DNA of 64,000 nt from Mycoplasma sp. CAG:472 (GCA_000437315.1 FR899419.1:16156-80155); one strand, 5' to 3'; positions 51,543 to 61,625 are shown, counted from the first letter of the stretch. Notes: generated from the letters alone by a model not told the origin. Translations and numbers: made by a program.

Positions 51543-53298
51543 AAAGACTTTCTAACTCCTTTCTTTTTTCATCAAAGAATTTAAATACTTCATCATAAAG
51601 TGATGGACTTTGTATATCTACGCCCGCTACTTTTAAACTTTTAACTGGATCTAATGTAGAACCAAGTTTTAAAAATTTAATATAGTTTTCTAAAGCTCCA
51701 TCTTTCTTATTTATAATATCATTTGCTATTTTAAGTGCAGCAGCATAACCTGTAGCATATTGATAAACATAGAAATTATAATAAAAATGTGGAATTCTAT
51801 AACATTCGTATTTAATATCTTCATCAACTTCAACATTTGGTCCAAAATATAATTTATTTAAATCTAAATATTCTTTTTGTACTAATTCTTTAGTAAGAAC
51901 TGTTCCATTCATTTCTTTGTTATGAAGATTATCTTCGAAATGAGCAAACATAGTTTGTCTAATCATTGTTGCTTTAAATCTTTGTAATATACTATCTAAT
52001 ATATATTTTTTCTCCTCAATATTATCTGTATGATTTAACATATAATTTGTAAGAATTATTTCATTTACTTGACTTGCAACCTCCGCTACAAAAATAGAAT
52101 AATTATAGTCTTCATAAGTATTAAAGTTTTGAGCATAGTAATAATGCATTGCATGGCCTAGTTCATGAATAAGAGTTGATACATCATCAAGTTTTCCCTC
52201 ATAATTTATAACTATATAAGGATGAGCAAGATATGCACATGTACAGTATCCACCATCTCTTTTATTTTTTTTAGGATATACATCAATCCAATTATCAGAA
52301 AATGCTTTTTTAATTACCTCTACATAAGAATTTCCCATTACCTCTAAAGAAGATATTACAAGTTTTTTTGCTTCATCATATGTATATTTTTTATCAAAAT
52401 CTTTTGTAATATTTGCATAAGTATCATATAAATGAAGTTTATCTAAACCTAATACTTTCTTTTTTAAATCATAATATTTATAAAATTTAGGTAAATTATT
52501 TTTAATACCATTTATTAAATTATCATAAATATCATTTTTAATATCATTTGAATATAAACTCAAACTTCTTGCAGAAGTAAATCCTCTTAACTTAGCAACC
52601 TTATTATTACTCATTACTTTTGTTGTATATATAGTATTAAAGGTATTTTCATAATGTTTAATTTCTTTATAAAGCTTTAAAAATGCCTCTTTTCGAACAT
52701 TTTGATTATTACTTCGAATATAAGTACTAAAGTTAGATATTGTTAAAGGTACGATTTTACCTTCTTCATTTGTAATAGTGCCAAAGTCCATATCCGTTGT
52801 AAGAAGCATTTCACTTGCATCCTCACTTTTAGAGTATACAGATGTTAAAAGTGTAATAATTTTTTCTTCTTCTTTAGACTTAATATATTTTTTAGCTCTA
52901 TAAATACTCTTTAAATTATTTTCATATTCCTTTAACTTTGGAAATTTTTTTATATATTCTTTAACAAATTTAAAATCTTTTTCAAGTAATTCTGGAACAA
53001 CATAACTTTCTTTTTCTGATAATTCATTTAAGAAATTAAGTACATTACCTAACATTTCATTATAATTTTCATTTGTTAAATCTAAATCATTATTAATATG
53101 AGCATATAGATAAAGCCTTTCAAGTCTTTTTGAAATTTCATTATCATACTCTAAATATTCATATAACATTTCTGGATTAGATAATATTTTACCTTCATAA
53201 TTAGAAATATTTTTAGCATATTTTTTTAAGGAAATAAGTTCCTTTTTAGCATCTTCATCACTTTTAAATAAAGCACTTAAATCAATTTTTTCTTTCAT
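51535..53298 (-). CDS. pepF: Oligoendopeptidase F (M3B family)
   Basis: HELGHAMH zinc motif with the downstream E (FVAEVASQVNE). Length 587 aa. Confidence 0.85.
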   Translation of the reverse strand: MKEKIDLSALFKSDEDAKKELISLKKYAKNISNYEGKILSNPEMLYEYLEYDNEISKRLERLYLYAHINNDLDLTNENYNEMLGNVLNFLNELSEKESYVVPELLEKDFKFVKEYIKKFPKLKEYENNLKSIYRAKKYIKSKEEEKIITLLTSVYSKSEDASEMLLTTDMDFGTITNEEGKIVPLTISNFSTYIRSNNQNVRKEAFLKLYKEIKHYENTFNTIYTTKVMSNNKVAKLRGFTSARSLSLYSNDIKNDIYDNLINGIKNNLPKFYKYYDLKKKVLGLDKLHLYDTYANITKDFDKKYTYDEAKKLVISSLEVMGNSYVEVIKKAFSDNWIDVYPKKNKRDGGYCTCAYLAHPYIVINYEGKLDDVSTLIHELGHAMHYYYAQNFNTYEDYNYSIFVAEVASQVNEIILTNYMLNHTDNIEEKKYILDSILQRFKATMIRQTMFAHFEDNLHNKEMNGTVLTKELVQKEYLDLNKLYFGPNVEVDEDIKYECYRIPHFYYNFYVYQYATGYAAALKIANDIINKKDGALENYIKFLKLGSTLDPVKSLKVAGVDIQSPSLYDEVFKFFDEKRKELESLYE

Positions 53299-53313
53299 AT
53301 TTTATAACCAAAT

Positions 53314-53339
53314 ATTAGGTCCTAGAAATAGGACCTAAT
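53314..53339 (-). promoter_or_regulatory. Strong intercistronic hairpin between dnaK and pepF
   Basis: ATTAGGTCCTA-TTTC-TAGGACCTAAT: 11-bp perfect stem, unusually GC-containing for this genome, with only a weak U-tract. Confidence 0.55.
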
Positions 53340-53356
53340 ACTCTACCTTTCTTTTA

Positions 53357-55174
53357 TTATTTTTCTTTATATTCAGCTTCTTGGGCATCGTCTGATGAAT
53401 CATTTGAACTAGTTGTTTCAGTATTTTCAGCATTTGATTTATTTGCCTCATATACTTTACCAGCAAGTTCCATAGCCTTTTTATTTAGACTTTCAGTCTT
53501 AGCTTTAATATCTTCGATGTCATTTCCCTTAAGAGATTCCTCAAGGTCTTTAATTAATTTTTCAGCTTCTTCTTTATCTTTAGGATCAACTTTATCTTTT
53601 AAGTCCTCTAAAGCACGATTTGTTGCAAGAATCATTGAATCTGCTTCATTTCTAGCTTCACTTTCAGCCTTTTTCTTTTCATCAGCTTCTTTATTAGCTT
53701 CAGCCTCTTTCATCATTTTATCAATTTCTTCATCAGAAAGATTTGTTGAAGATGTAATTGTAATTGATTGTTCTTTATTAGTTCCAAGATCTTTAGCAGT
53801 AACGTTTACTATACCATTAGCATCAATATCAAATTTTACTTCAATTTGTGGAACTCCTCTTCTTGCTGGAGGTATATTAGTAAGTTGGAAGTTTCCTAAA
53901 GTTTTATTATCTGATGCCATTGGTCTTTCACCTTGAAGTACGTGAATATCAACAGCAGGTTGGTTATCTGCAGCAGTTGAGAATACTTGACTCTTACTTG
54001 TTGGAATAGTTGTATTTCTAGGAATAAGTACAGTCATTACGTTTCCTAAAGTTTCAATACCAAGTGATAGTGGTGTAACATCAAGAAGTACTACATCATT
54101 TACTTCACCAGTAAGTACGCCACCTTGAATAGCAGCACCCATTGCTACAACTTCATCAGGGTTTACACTCTTATTTGGTTCTTGTCCAAGTTCTTTTTTA
54201 ACAAGTTCTTGAATATAAGGTATTCTAGATGATCCTCCAACAAGGATTACTTTATTAATATCTTTTGCAGTAAGTCCAGCATCTTTTAAAGCTTTTCTAA
54301 CTGGTTCAAGTGTAGAATCAAATAAATCTTTATTTAAATCTTCGAATTTTGCTTTTGATAAAGTAATGTCCATATGAAGTGGTTCTTTGTTTTCATTTTG
54401 AGTTATAAATGGAAGTGAAATTTGTGTTGTAGTCATAGATGATAAATCTTTTTTAGCTTTTTCAGCAGCATCTTTAACTCTTTGCATTGCCATAGCATCT
54501 TTTGATAAATCAATACCATGCTCTTTTTTGAATTCTGATACTAAATAATTAGCAACTCTTTCATCAAAGTCATCTCCACCTAAATGGTTATTACCTGCAG
54601 TAGACTTAACTTCGAAAACACCATCACCAAGTTCAAGAATTGAAACATCGAATGTTCCTCCACCTAAGTCATATACTAAAATTGTTTGAAGTACATCTTG
54701 TTTATCAAGGCCATAAGCAAGTGCTGCAGCTGTTGGTTCATTGATAATTCTTTCAACATCAAGACCTGCTATTTTACCAGCATTTTTAGTTGCTTGTCTT
54801 TGTGCATCATTAAAGTATGCTGGAACTGTAATAACAGCTTTAGTTACTTTATCTCCTAAATAACTTTCAGCATCTTTTTTTAATTTAGAAAGAATCTTTG
54901 CACTGATTTCCTCTGGTGTATACATTCTTCCATTAGCCTCAACTTTTTCATTTGTTCCCATTTTTCTTTTAATTGAGGAAATTGTATTTTTAACATTTGT
55001 TACTGCTTGTCTTTTTGCAGTTTCTCCAACTAGTTCATCGTCACCTTTAAAAGCAACTACTGAAGGAGTTGTACGGTTTCCTTCGGCATTAGGAATAACT
55101 TTTGCTTCCCCACCTTCTAGTACCGCTACACAACTATTTGTTGTACCTAAATCTATACCAATAATTTTACTCAT
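53357..55174 (-). CDS. dnaK: Chaperone DnaK (Hsp70)
   Basis: [34 protein letters not shown]. Length 605 aa. Confidence 0.97.
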   Translation of the reverse strand: MSKIIGIDLGTTNSCVAVLEGGEAKVIPNAEGNRTTPSVVAFKGDDELVGETAKRQAVTNVKNTISSIKRKMGTNEKVEANGRMYTPEEISAKILSKLKKDAESYLGDKVTKAVITVPAYFNDAQRQATKNAGKIAGLDVERIINEPTAAALAYGLDKQDVLQTILVYDLGGGTFDVSILELGDGVFEVKSTAGNNHLGGDDFDERVANYLVSEFKKEHGIDLSKDAMAMQRVKDAAEKAKKDLSSMTTTQISLPFITQNENKEPLHMDITLSKAKFEDLNKDLFDSTLEPVRKALKDAGLTAKDINKVILVGGSSRIPYIQELVKKELGQEPNKSVNPDEVVAMGAAIQGGVLTGEVNDVVLLDVTPLSLGIETLGNVMTVLIPRNTTIPTSKSQVFSTAADNQPAVDIHVLQGERPMASDNKTLGNFQLTNIPPARRGVPQIEVKFDIDANGIVNVTAKDLGTNKEQSITITSSTNLSDEEIDKMMKEAEANKEADEKKKAESEARNEADSMILATNRALEDLKDKVDPKDKEEAEKLIKDLEESLKGNDIEDIKAKTESLNKKAMELAGKVYEANKSNAENTETTSSNDSSDDAQEAEYKEK

Positions 55175-55194
55175 AATTTATCATTCCTTTCTTT

Positions 55195-55497
55195 TTATCG
55201 AGTAATTTTATTTTCATTATCTAAATTTGAATTAATTTCATTAACAATTTTAACTATTTCATCATTAATAATAATTTGTTCCTCACTAGATAAATTGCTT
55301 AAAATTTGATTATAATTACTAGAAAACTCTTCATGACTAATAAGTCCTCTAGTAACTTTTAAAAGTTCCATTAATGAATCAAAATATGCTCTATCAAGTT
55401 TCTCTGATGTAAGTCTAGAATGAATATCAATACTTTCTAAATGATACTCACCAAAACTATTAAAAATTAGTGACAAAGCTAGAAAATTATCATTCAT
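55195..55497 (-). CDS. Hypothetical 100-aa protein between grpE and dnaK
   Basis: ORF overlaps the grpE stop by 8 nt. No motif recognised. Confidence 0.4.
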   Translation of the reverse strand: MNDNFLALSLIFNSFGEYHLESIDIHSRLTSEKLDRAYFDSLMELLKVTRGLISHEEFSSNYNQILSNLSSEEQIIINDEIVKIVNEINSNLDNENKITR

Positions 55498-56056
55498 TAA
55501 CTTTTACCATAGCTACTCTTATAACTTTATCATTATAAGTATAGCCTTTTTGCATTACTTCCACAACTACGCCTTCCTCTTCTTCCATAATACTGGTAGT
55601 CATAATTGCTTCCATAGTTTTTGGATCAAACTGTTTACCCATTGCTTCAATCTCTTTAACACCAATTGCATTTAAAGTAGATAAAAGTGATGTATATATC
55701 ATTTTAAATCCAGATAAGAATTTTGAAAGCTCATCAGTTAAGTTATCATCATCAAGAGATATTGCTCTTTCAAAATTATCAATGATAGGTAAAATCTCTT
55801 TAATAAGTTTTTCACCATCATATTTATAAATATTAGCTTTTTCTTCATTAAAGCGTCTATTCATATTTTGCATTTCAGCATTTAATCTTAATATTTTATC
55901 TGAAAGTGCATTTTTTTCTTCAATTAACTTCTTGTTTTCTTCAGCAAATTTTTTGATTTCTTCCATACATTTTTCATGATGATTATTTTTTTTATCTTTC
56001 TTAATTTCTTTTTCATTTACTGAAACTTTTTCTTCTTTTTTAATATCTTCTTTCAA
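55490..56056 (-). CDS. grpE: Nucleotide exchange factor GrpE
   Basis: Long N-terminal helix, ILPIIDNFERA motif, and a C-terminal beta domain (GYTYNDKVIRVAMVKV). Confidence 0.9.
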   Translation of the reverse strand: MKEDIKKEEKVSVNEKEIKKDKKNNHHEKCMEEIKKFAEENKKLIEEKNALSDKILRLNAEMQNMNRRFNEEKANIYKYDGEKLIKEILPIIDNFERAISLDDDNLTDELSKFLSGFKMIYTSLLSTLNAIGVKEIEAMGKQFDPKTMEAIMTTSIMEEEEGVVVEVMQKGYTYNDKVIRVAMVKVNE

Positions 56057-56064
56057 GTTATCAC

Positions 56065-57063
56065 CTACTTTTTCTTCATTTGTTCTAGGACATAATCAAG
56101 TAGTCCATATACTTTAGCATAATCCATTCTTTTTGGACCTATTATTGCAATAGAACCTTTTTCACCATTAATATCATAAGTCCTTTTTACAATAGTTGTA
56201 TTATCATCAATTTGCGATTCATCGCCTATATAAACCTTAATTTCATCACTACCATCAATACTTGTAACTTTCTTAATGAAGGATTCATCCTCAAGTTTAT
56301 ATGCAAGTTTTTTAATTGAATCAGGATTATCATATTCTGGTTGTTCTAATACTTTAGCCTTACCACTTACAGTAACATTTGCATTTTCATCAACAAAATC
56401 TGTAAAAGCATTATAAAATATATTATATACTTTTTCATAATTACTTATTTCCTGTGCAATAATTGGTTTTATTTCAAACTCCAAATGCTGTGAAACATCT
56501 TTAATTGGTGTTCCAATAAGCATCTTATTAATTATTTCACTAGTTTTAATAAGTTCTTTAACATTTGTACCATCCGGTAAAACAAATTTCTTATTTTCTA
56601 CAAGTCCTGTATTTGTACATACTAAAGCAACAATTTTATTTTCATCTATTGGAATAATACTTACTTGTTTAAGCAAATTATCCATGCTACTACTTCCCAA
56701 AACTATTGAAGCATAATTTGTTAAATCACTAATTATCTCCATACACTTAGTAATTGCATCAGATAATACTAAATCTTGATTTTTAACTACTCTCTGAAGT
56801 TTTAACATTTCGCTACCATTAAGTTTTTCAGGTTCCATCAAGTTTTCAACATAATAACGATAACCTTTTTCTGAAGGTATTCTTCCTGAGGATATATGAT
56901 TTTTTTCAATATAACCTAAATCCTCTAAAATAGCCATCTCATTTCTTATTGTAGCACTTGATAAATTAAACTTTTCACAAAGCGACTTACTTCCAACAGG
57001 TTTAACGGACTTTACATAAGTCTCTACTATTACTTTTAGTAACTGTTTTTGACGATTATCCAT
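56065..57063 (-). CDS. hrcA: Heat-inducible transcription repressor HrcA
   Basis: N-terminal wHTH (PVGSKSL..LSSATIRNEMAILEDLGYIEKNHISSGRIPSEKGYRYYV). Length 332 aa. Heads the grpE-dnaK operon. Confidence 0.9.
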   Translation of the reverse strand: MDNRQKQLLKVIVETYVKSVKPVGSKSLCEKFNLSSATIRNEMAILEDLGYIEKNHISSGRIPSEKGYRYYVENLMEPEKLNGSEMLKLQRVVKNQDLVLSDAITKCMEIISDLTNYASIVLGSSSMDNLLKQVSIIPIDENKIVALVCTNTGLVENKKFVLPDGTNVKELIKTSEIINKMLIGTPIKDVSQHLEFEIKPIIAQEISNYEKVYNIFYNAFTDFVDENANVTVSGKAKVLEQPEYDNPDSIKKLAYKLEDESFIKKVTSIDGSDEIKVYIGDESQIDDNTTIVKRTYDINGEKGSIAIIGPKRMDYAKVYGLLDYVLEQMKKK

Positions 57064-57073
57064 AATGTCCTTT

Positions 57074-57100
57074 CTAGCACTTCCTTAACCAAAATGCTAA
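57074..57100 (-). promoter_or_regulatory. CIRCE-like operator 1 (degenerate), just downstream of the -10
   Basis: Minus strand TTAGCATTT-TGGTTAAGG-AAGTGCTAG, against the consensus TTAGCACTC-N9-GAGTGCTAA. Confidence 0.6.
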
Positions 57101-57104
57101 CATT

Positions 57105-57133
57105 ATTATATTATGCAAATTAGCACTTGTCAA
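57105..57133 (-). promoter_or_regulatory. Consensus sigma-A promoter of the hrcA operon
   Basis: Minus strand TTGACA (57133-57128), exactly 17 nt, TATAAT (57110-57105). Confidence 0.75.
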
Positions 57134-57146
57134 TACCTTTTGCTAA
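57120..57146 (-). promoter_or_regulatory. CIRCE-like operator 2, overlapping the -35
   Basis: Plus strand TTAGCACTT-GTCAATACC-TTTTGCTAA (9-nt spacer). Confidence 0.55.
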
Positions 57147-57169
57147 TTTTTTTTATAAAAAAATTAATG

Positions 57170-58834
57170 TTAATTTCCTAACACTAATTTTTCTTCTTTA
57201 GATAAATATTTTTCTATTTCTATAGCACTTTTTTGTAAAAATTCTACAAAGTTATCAATACTAATACTTGCTTTAAATGTAACTTCTCCTTCATAAAAAT
57301 CAGTAAATTCTATTAAGGAATCTTTTAAAGTTTCTTTAAGTATAACTTTGTAATTACCATGAGCAATACTATTCCTAATGCCGTTAATTATCTTTTCATT
57401 TTTAAGTAGACTTGCATAAGTACTTACATAATTATTTACATTATTTAAAGTATTTTGAATATTTGCTAAATCAATATTATATCCATTAATATTCCCATTA
57501 ATTGTATTTATTTGACTAGTTATAGCATTTATACCTTTTTGATTACCAATCGAAGTAACTTTTGCTAAATTATTATTGCAACTAACTAAAGCATTATTTA
57601 ATTTATTTATATTATTTTTAATAGCATTTTCCTTTACACCTAAATCAGTAATATATCCATCATCTGTTTTTTCCACTTCTACATTAAACGAACTTGTATC
57701 TATAAGTGAATAATCAAAACCATCCAAATCTAAACTTTGATATTCATTTTTATTATGTAAAACATCATCATAACCATATGCAAATAAAGCATTAAACGAA
57801 GATATTAAACTTTGAGCTAAGTCATCAGTAGCTATATAAAGTTTACCATATTTTTTTATTATATCATCATGAACTTTTTCATAATTAGATGTTCCTAATT
57901 CTTTTATTGAATTAAGTAGTAATAAGTTATGTACACCTGAGGCAATCATGCTAAAGTTATCAAATTTATCTTTATTAAATAATTTATCAACTTCATAACC
58001 AACAATTTCAATAGCTCTTTCATATGGCGTATTTAAAGTTGTACTATTATATAGAAAACTTTCTAACATTTTCGTGTCTTCATTTTTAGTACTAACTTTA
58101 TTCCAAGTTACTTCATAATCATTTTTAACTTTCTTTTCGAAATCAATAAGTTCGCTTAAATTTAATGAATTTGAAAATGAAGAAACAGTTTCATTAAATC
58201 TATCAAATATAAATCCCTCAATTGGACTTCCATCTTTTCTTTTTATTGTAATATTATACTTATAATAAGATGCAATCATATTTTTATATTCATTTAATGA
58301 ATACCTTTCTTTATCCTTACCAATAATACTTTTAGAATAAACAAAACATCTTGTAAATGAGGAAGTATTATAATTTTGTAATGTTGAGGAAAAAGATGAT
58401 ATAACAAAATTTGTAAGCTTTGGTATTTGAATAACTATATCATTTCCATCAACTTTTAATATTATTCTATTATGAGCAAAATCTATCAAATATTCACCAT
58501 GACCTAATTTATTTCTAATCGTAGTAACTAAAGTATAACTATCTTTAAAAGTATAACCATTTATTTCATAACCACAATCTGTTTTATTAGCAATTATATT
58601 TACATTTTTTTCCATTAAGGAAATAGGAAGTAAAATGTTATTATTTTTATCAACCATTTTTTCTTTAATAGCTAAAAATATACTTGAAATATTTCCCACT
58701 ATAGCACCATTTAAATATTCTTTATTTGAAATATATTCACTATAGATAGGATTACCAAATATCATTCCCATTAAAAATAAATCATATGCATAATTTCCTG
58801 AAAAATATTTTATTATAGTTTCTTCTTTATTCAT
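57170..58834 (-). CDS. Protein with two HEPN-type RNxxxH motifs (554 aa)
   Basis: IRNKLGHGEY (R107-H112, nt 58516-58499) and IRNSIAHGNY (R487-H492, nt 57376-57359). I verified both against the DNA. An Asn-rich predicted coiled coil lies between them. Overlaps the upstream gene by 4 nt. Confidence 0.6.
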   Translation of the reverse strand: MNKEETIIKYFSGNYAYDLFLMGMIFGNPIYSEYISNKEYLNGAIVGNISSIFLAIKEKMVDKNNNILLPISLMEKNVNIIANKTDCGYEINGYTFKDSYTLVTTIRNKLGHGEYLIDFAHNRIILKVDGNDIVIQIPKLTNFVISSFSSTLQNYNTSSFTRCFVYSKSIIGKDKERYSLNEYKNMIASYYKYNITIKRKDGSPIEGFIFDRFNETVSSFSNSLNLSELIDFEKKVKNDYEVTWNKVSTKNEDTKMLESFLYNSTTLNTPYERAIEIVGYEVDKLFNKDKFDNFSMIASGVHNLLLLNSIKELGTSNYEKVHDDIIKKYGKLYIATDDLAQSLISSFNALFAYGYDDVLHNKNEYQSLDLDGFDYSLIDTSSFNVEVEKTDDGYITDLGVKENAIKNNINKLNNALVSCNNNLAKVTSIGNQKGINAITSQINTINGNINGYNIDLANIQNTLNNVNNYVSTYASLLKNEKIINGIRNSIAHGNYKVILKETLKDSLIEFTDFYEGEVTFKASISIDNFVEFLQKSAIEIEKYLSKEEKLVLGN

Positions 58835-59919
58835 TTTCTCACCATTATTAAAGGCACATACATTTCATCTTCTGTAAAACCTGCATGATTAGATTTAAAT
58901 ATATGTCCTCCTCTTTTATACTTAAATATTTTATCACTTTTTGCAAGAGCAATAAAGTCTCCAATAGAATCACAAAAATATTTATTTTCATTATTAAGAC
59001 CAAATAATTTAGATTCTATTACTTCATCTTTACTCATTAATTTAAAATATTCCGAAAAGTATTTATTAAATAATTTTTCAAATAAAGTTTTATCAGTTAC
59101 ATTAAATGCGCAGCATCTTCCCTCAAGCCAAACATTGCTAATAATTAAATCAAATAAATCTGGATAATCACTTAAATAAATGTATTCAGTATCTAAATGA
59201 CCATGATCTGCTGTAATAATTAATAAAGTATCTTTTATTTCATTTGCAAAACTTTCACATTTATTATTAATCATTTTTAAAATAGATAATACTTCTTTAC
59301 TGTTATTACCTTTTACATGTAACATGCTATCAGGATCCATATAATAAGCATAAATATAATTTTTTTCTTTTATATTTAAATTGGATTTTATCATAGATAG
59401 CATTTCATCAATATCTTTATATGTTTCTTCATATTTAATTGGAAATACTATTTTTGAATGATATTTACCATTTTCTAAAATTCTATCAGTAATCGTTTTA
59501 TAAGAAAAATATTTTTCTGCAATATTAAAGGGATATTCTTTATCACCATCTTTATATATATTTGTAAACATTGTTACAAAAGCATTTTCATTTTTATAGT
59601 ACATATCCCATCCTAAATAACCATGCGTGCAAGGATATTTTCCTGTCATAATCGAAGTTGTAGCACTAGTCGTTGTCGAAGGACAAGTCGAGATAACTTT
59701 TTTAACTATATTATTTACTAAAAATGTATTAGGTAGTTTTTCATTTATTAAGTTATAACCCATTCCATCAAATAAAATAACCACTACATTTTTAGGTTTA
59801 TAAGTATTTAATACTTCATCAATTTCCCCAAGTGAAGAAACTTCACTTTTTAAATCAAAATATTTTTCAATACTACCTGCTATATTAACAATATTATTTT
59901 TATAATCTGGATAAATCAT
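58831..59919 (-). CDS. Alkaline-phosphatase-superfamily enzyme (type I phosphodiesterase/nucleotide pyrophosphatase-like, 362 aa)
   Basis: VVVILFDGMGYN (metal Asp), CPSTTTSATTSIMTGKYPCTHGY (nucleophile Thr/Ser region), LIITADHGH. Confidence 0.7.
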   Translation of the reverse strand: MIYPDYKNNIVNIAGSIEKYFDLKSEVSSLGEIDEVLNTYKPKNVVVILFDGMGYNLINEKLPNTFLVNNIVKKVISTCPSTTTSATTSIMTGKYPCTHGYLGWDMYYKNENAFVTMFTNIYKDGDKEYPFNIAEKYFSYKTITDRILENGKYHSKIVFPIKYEETYKDIDEMLSMIKSNLNIKEKNYIYAYYMDPDSMLHVKGNNSKEVLSILKMINNKCESFANEIKDTLLIITADHGHLDTEYIYLSDYPDLFDLIISNVWLEGRCCAFNVTDKTLFEKLFNKYFSEYFKLMSKDEVIESKLFGLNNENKYFCDSIGDFIALAKSDKIFKYKRGGHIFKSNHAGFTEDEMYVPLIMVRK

Positions 59920-60347
59920 AAATACCTCGTATATTTAATTTTTTTAAATAATTTAATTAATTCAACAATAGAAAAAACAAGCATCATTAAAACTAAAAAA
60001 ATTGCGGCTATAGCTCCAGGCAATCCTATTTCGTTCCATTTTTTTAGTAAATCATAAAGCATATAAATTGATGAAACTAATATAAGTAACATAAAAGAAA
60101 ACATAAATTTATCATAAAGTTTTTTATAAATCATTTTACCAGACTCTTTATTAAATATTTTAATAACACTTGTTGCAATCATATAAGAACTTAGTAAAAA
60201 AACAATAGCATATAATAACTTTATAATTATAATGAATCCTGGTTCCTTAAATAAAGTTCTAAAAATAAAAATACTAGTAAAAACAAATGCCAATGATAAA
60301 ACTCCATAACAAATTGCATATATGATTTTTTCTTTCTTTTCCATCAT
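59916..60347 (-). CDS. Small 4-TM membrane protein, paralogue 3 of 3 (143 aa)
   Basis: Four hydrophobic helices. Same architecture as the two upstream genes. 4-nt overlaps on both sides. Confidence 0.6.
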   Translation of the reverse strand: MMEKKEKIIYAICYGVLSLAFVFTSIFIFRTLFKEPGFIIIIKLLYAIVFLLSSYMIATSVIKIFNKESGKMIYKKLYDKFMFSFMLLILVSSIYMLYDLLKKWNEIGLPGAIAAIFLVLMMLVFSIVELIKLFKKIKYTRYL

Positions 60348-60766
60348 AAAGTTCTCCCCTCTTTTATTGTTTCTATTACTTTTTTAACCATTATAAAACC
60401 TGGAATATAAAAGATAAAAGAAAATAATAGTAACCCGATATCTCCATGATAATCTTTAATAACTGTGTAATCAAAATATATTAAAGAGGAAAACCACATT
60501 AGCATAAACACTATATAAAAAATAATACTAAAAATTCTAAACATTTTCTTACCAGTTTCTTCATTATATAATTTAACAATTTGACAAGCATTAGAATATA
60601 TTCCAAACAACATAGCAATAGAAAATAATATCATAAACACTGAAATAGAATCGGTACTAGAAAAAATATTTTTTACAAAAAATTTCCAAAACAAAAAAAT
60701 TGCCAAAATTGCTACACCATAAACAATTGTATATATTATTCTAGTAACTTTATCAAACTTTTTCAT
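60344..60766 (-). CDS. Small 4-TM membrane protein, paralogue 2 of 3 (140 aa)
   Basis: Shares ...IIFYIVFMLMWFSSLIYFDYTVIKDY... with paralogue 1 (LIIYLAFLIFWFGSLIYYDYSLINNW). Confidence 0.6.
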   Translation of the reverse strand: MKKFDKVTRIIYTIVYGVAILAIFLFWKFFVKNIFSSTDSISVFMILFSIAMLFGIYSNACQIVKLYNEETGKKMFRIFSIIFYIVFMLMWFSSLIYFDYTVIKDYHGDIGLLLFSFIFYIPGFIMVKKVIETIKEGRTL

Positions 60767-60770
60767 ACAT

Positions 60771-61226
60771 TCACCCCGCTCTTATTTTTCTATAAGTAGT
60801 ATAGCTCATAAATAGTCCTGGTAAATATAAAAATATAGTACAAAGAAGTTCTTTTAAACTTGAATTATTCCAATTATTTATTAATGAATAATCATAATAA
60901 ATTAAACTTCCAAACCAAAATATTAGAAATGCTAAATAAATTATTAAACTTATTACATTAAGCACTTTTTCATTCTTTTTAATGCATAAATCTAATGCTA
61001 CCAAAACAAAAACTATTGATGAAAATATAAAAATACCTCCGATAAGAATTAATAGTAATTTAATGATTCCATTATAACTGTTCATACGATTAAACATTAA
61101 TTTACTGCATATTACCATTAAAAAACACATAAAAATTGAAATAGCAATTAAAATTTTTTTCATAGTTTTATCTTTAGACAAAGACTTATCTAATCTTTTC
61201 ATCAATTTTTCTAATTTCTCTTCCAT
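60771..61226 (-). CDS. Small 4-TM membrane protein, paralogue 1 of 3 (151 aa)
   Basis: Start moved to MEEKLEKL (ATG 61224-61226) behind GGTAGGAGG; the track start at 61241 reads through the RBS. Confidence 0.6.
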   Translation of the reverse strand: MEEKLEKLMKRLDKSLSKDKTMKKILIAISIFMCFLMVICSKLMFNRMNSYNGIIKLLLILIGGIFIFSSIVFVLVALDLCIKKNEKVLNVISLIIYLAFLIFWFGSLIYYDYSLINNWNNSSLKELLCTIFLYLPGLFMSYTTYRKIRAG

Positions 61227-61475
61227 GAAACCTCCTACCATAATTTAATAATAGCACATAAAGAAAAATGAAACAATAAAAAAATCAACATATTTCTATG
61301 CTAATTTTATATTTTTATAACTAACTCATGTCTTATTTTGACATGTTTTGTCGAAGTAGTTGCAATGCAAAAATTTACATGTATAATACTTAATCGAACG
61401 TGCAGGAACTGGCGTTGCCACCAATTTTCAGGGGGTTTGAAATAAATCAAAATTTCTGGAAGGAGGATGATGCTT

Positions 61476-61625
61476 ATGTCTAAAGATAAGATAATTAAAT
61501 TCGAGTTTTTATGCATACTATTTCTGATTTGTTTTTACAACCTAGATAAAATAGAAAACGCCGTCCATGTTCTAGTAAAACTATTTAGACTTTTAAAAGA
61601 GTTTATTTTAGCTTTACTAGCATAG
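61476..61625 (+). CDS. Candidate 49-aa hydrophobic peptide (not in the track)
   Basis: GGAAGGAGG ends 9 nt before the ATG at 61476. Translation: MSKDKIIKFEFLCILFLICFYNLDKIENAVHVLVKLFRLLKEFILALLA*. An extended -10 (TGTATAAT) lies at ~61381-61388. The hairpin at 61654-61674 lies downstream. Confidence 0.3.
   Translation: MSKDKIIKFEFLCILFLICFYNLDKIENAVHVLVKLFRLLKEFILALLA

Noticed and set aside
61307-61516. Minus-strand 69-aa track ORF in the intergenic region.
   Set aside because: It has no RBS. It overlaps the better-supported plus-strand promoter/RBS/mini-ORF arrangement, and its sequence has no recognisable features.
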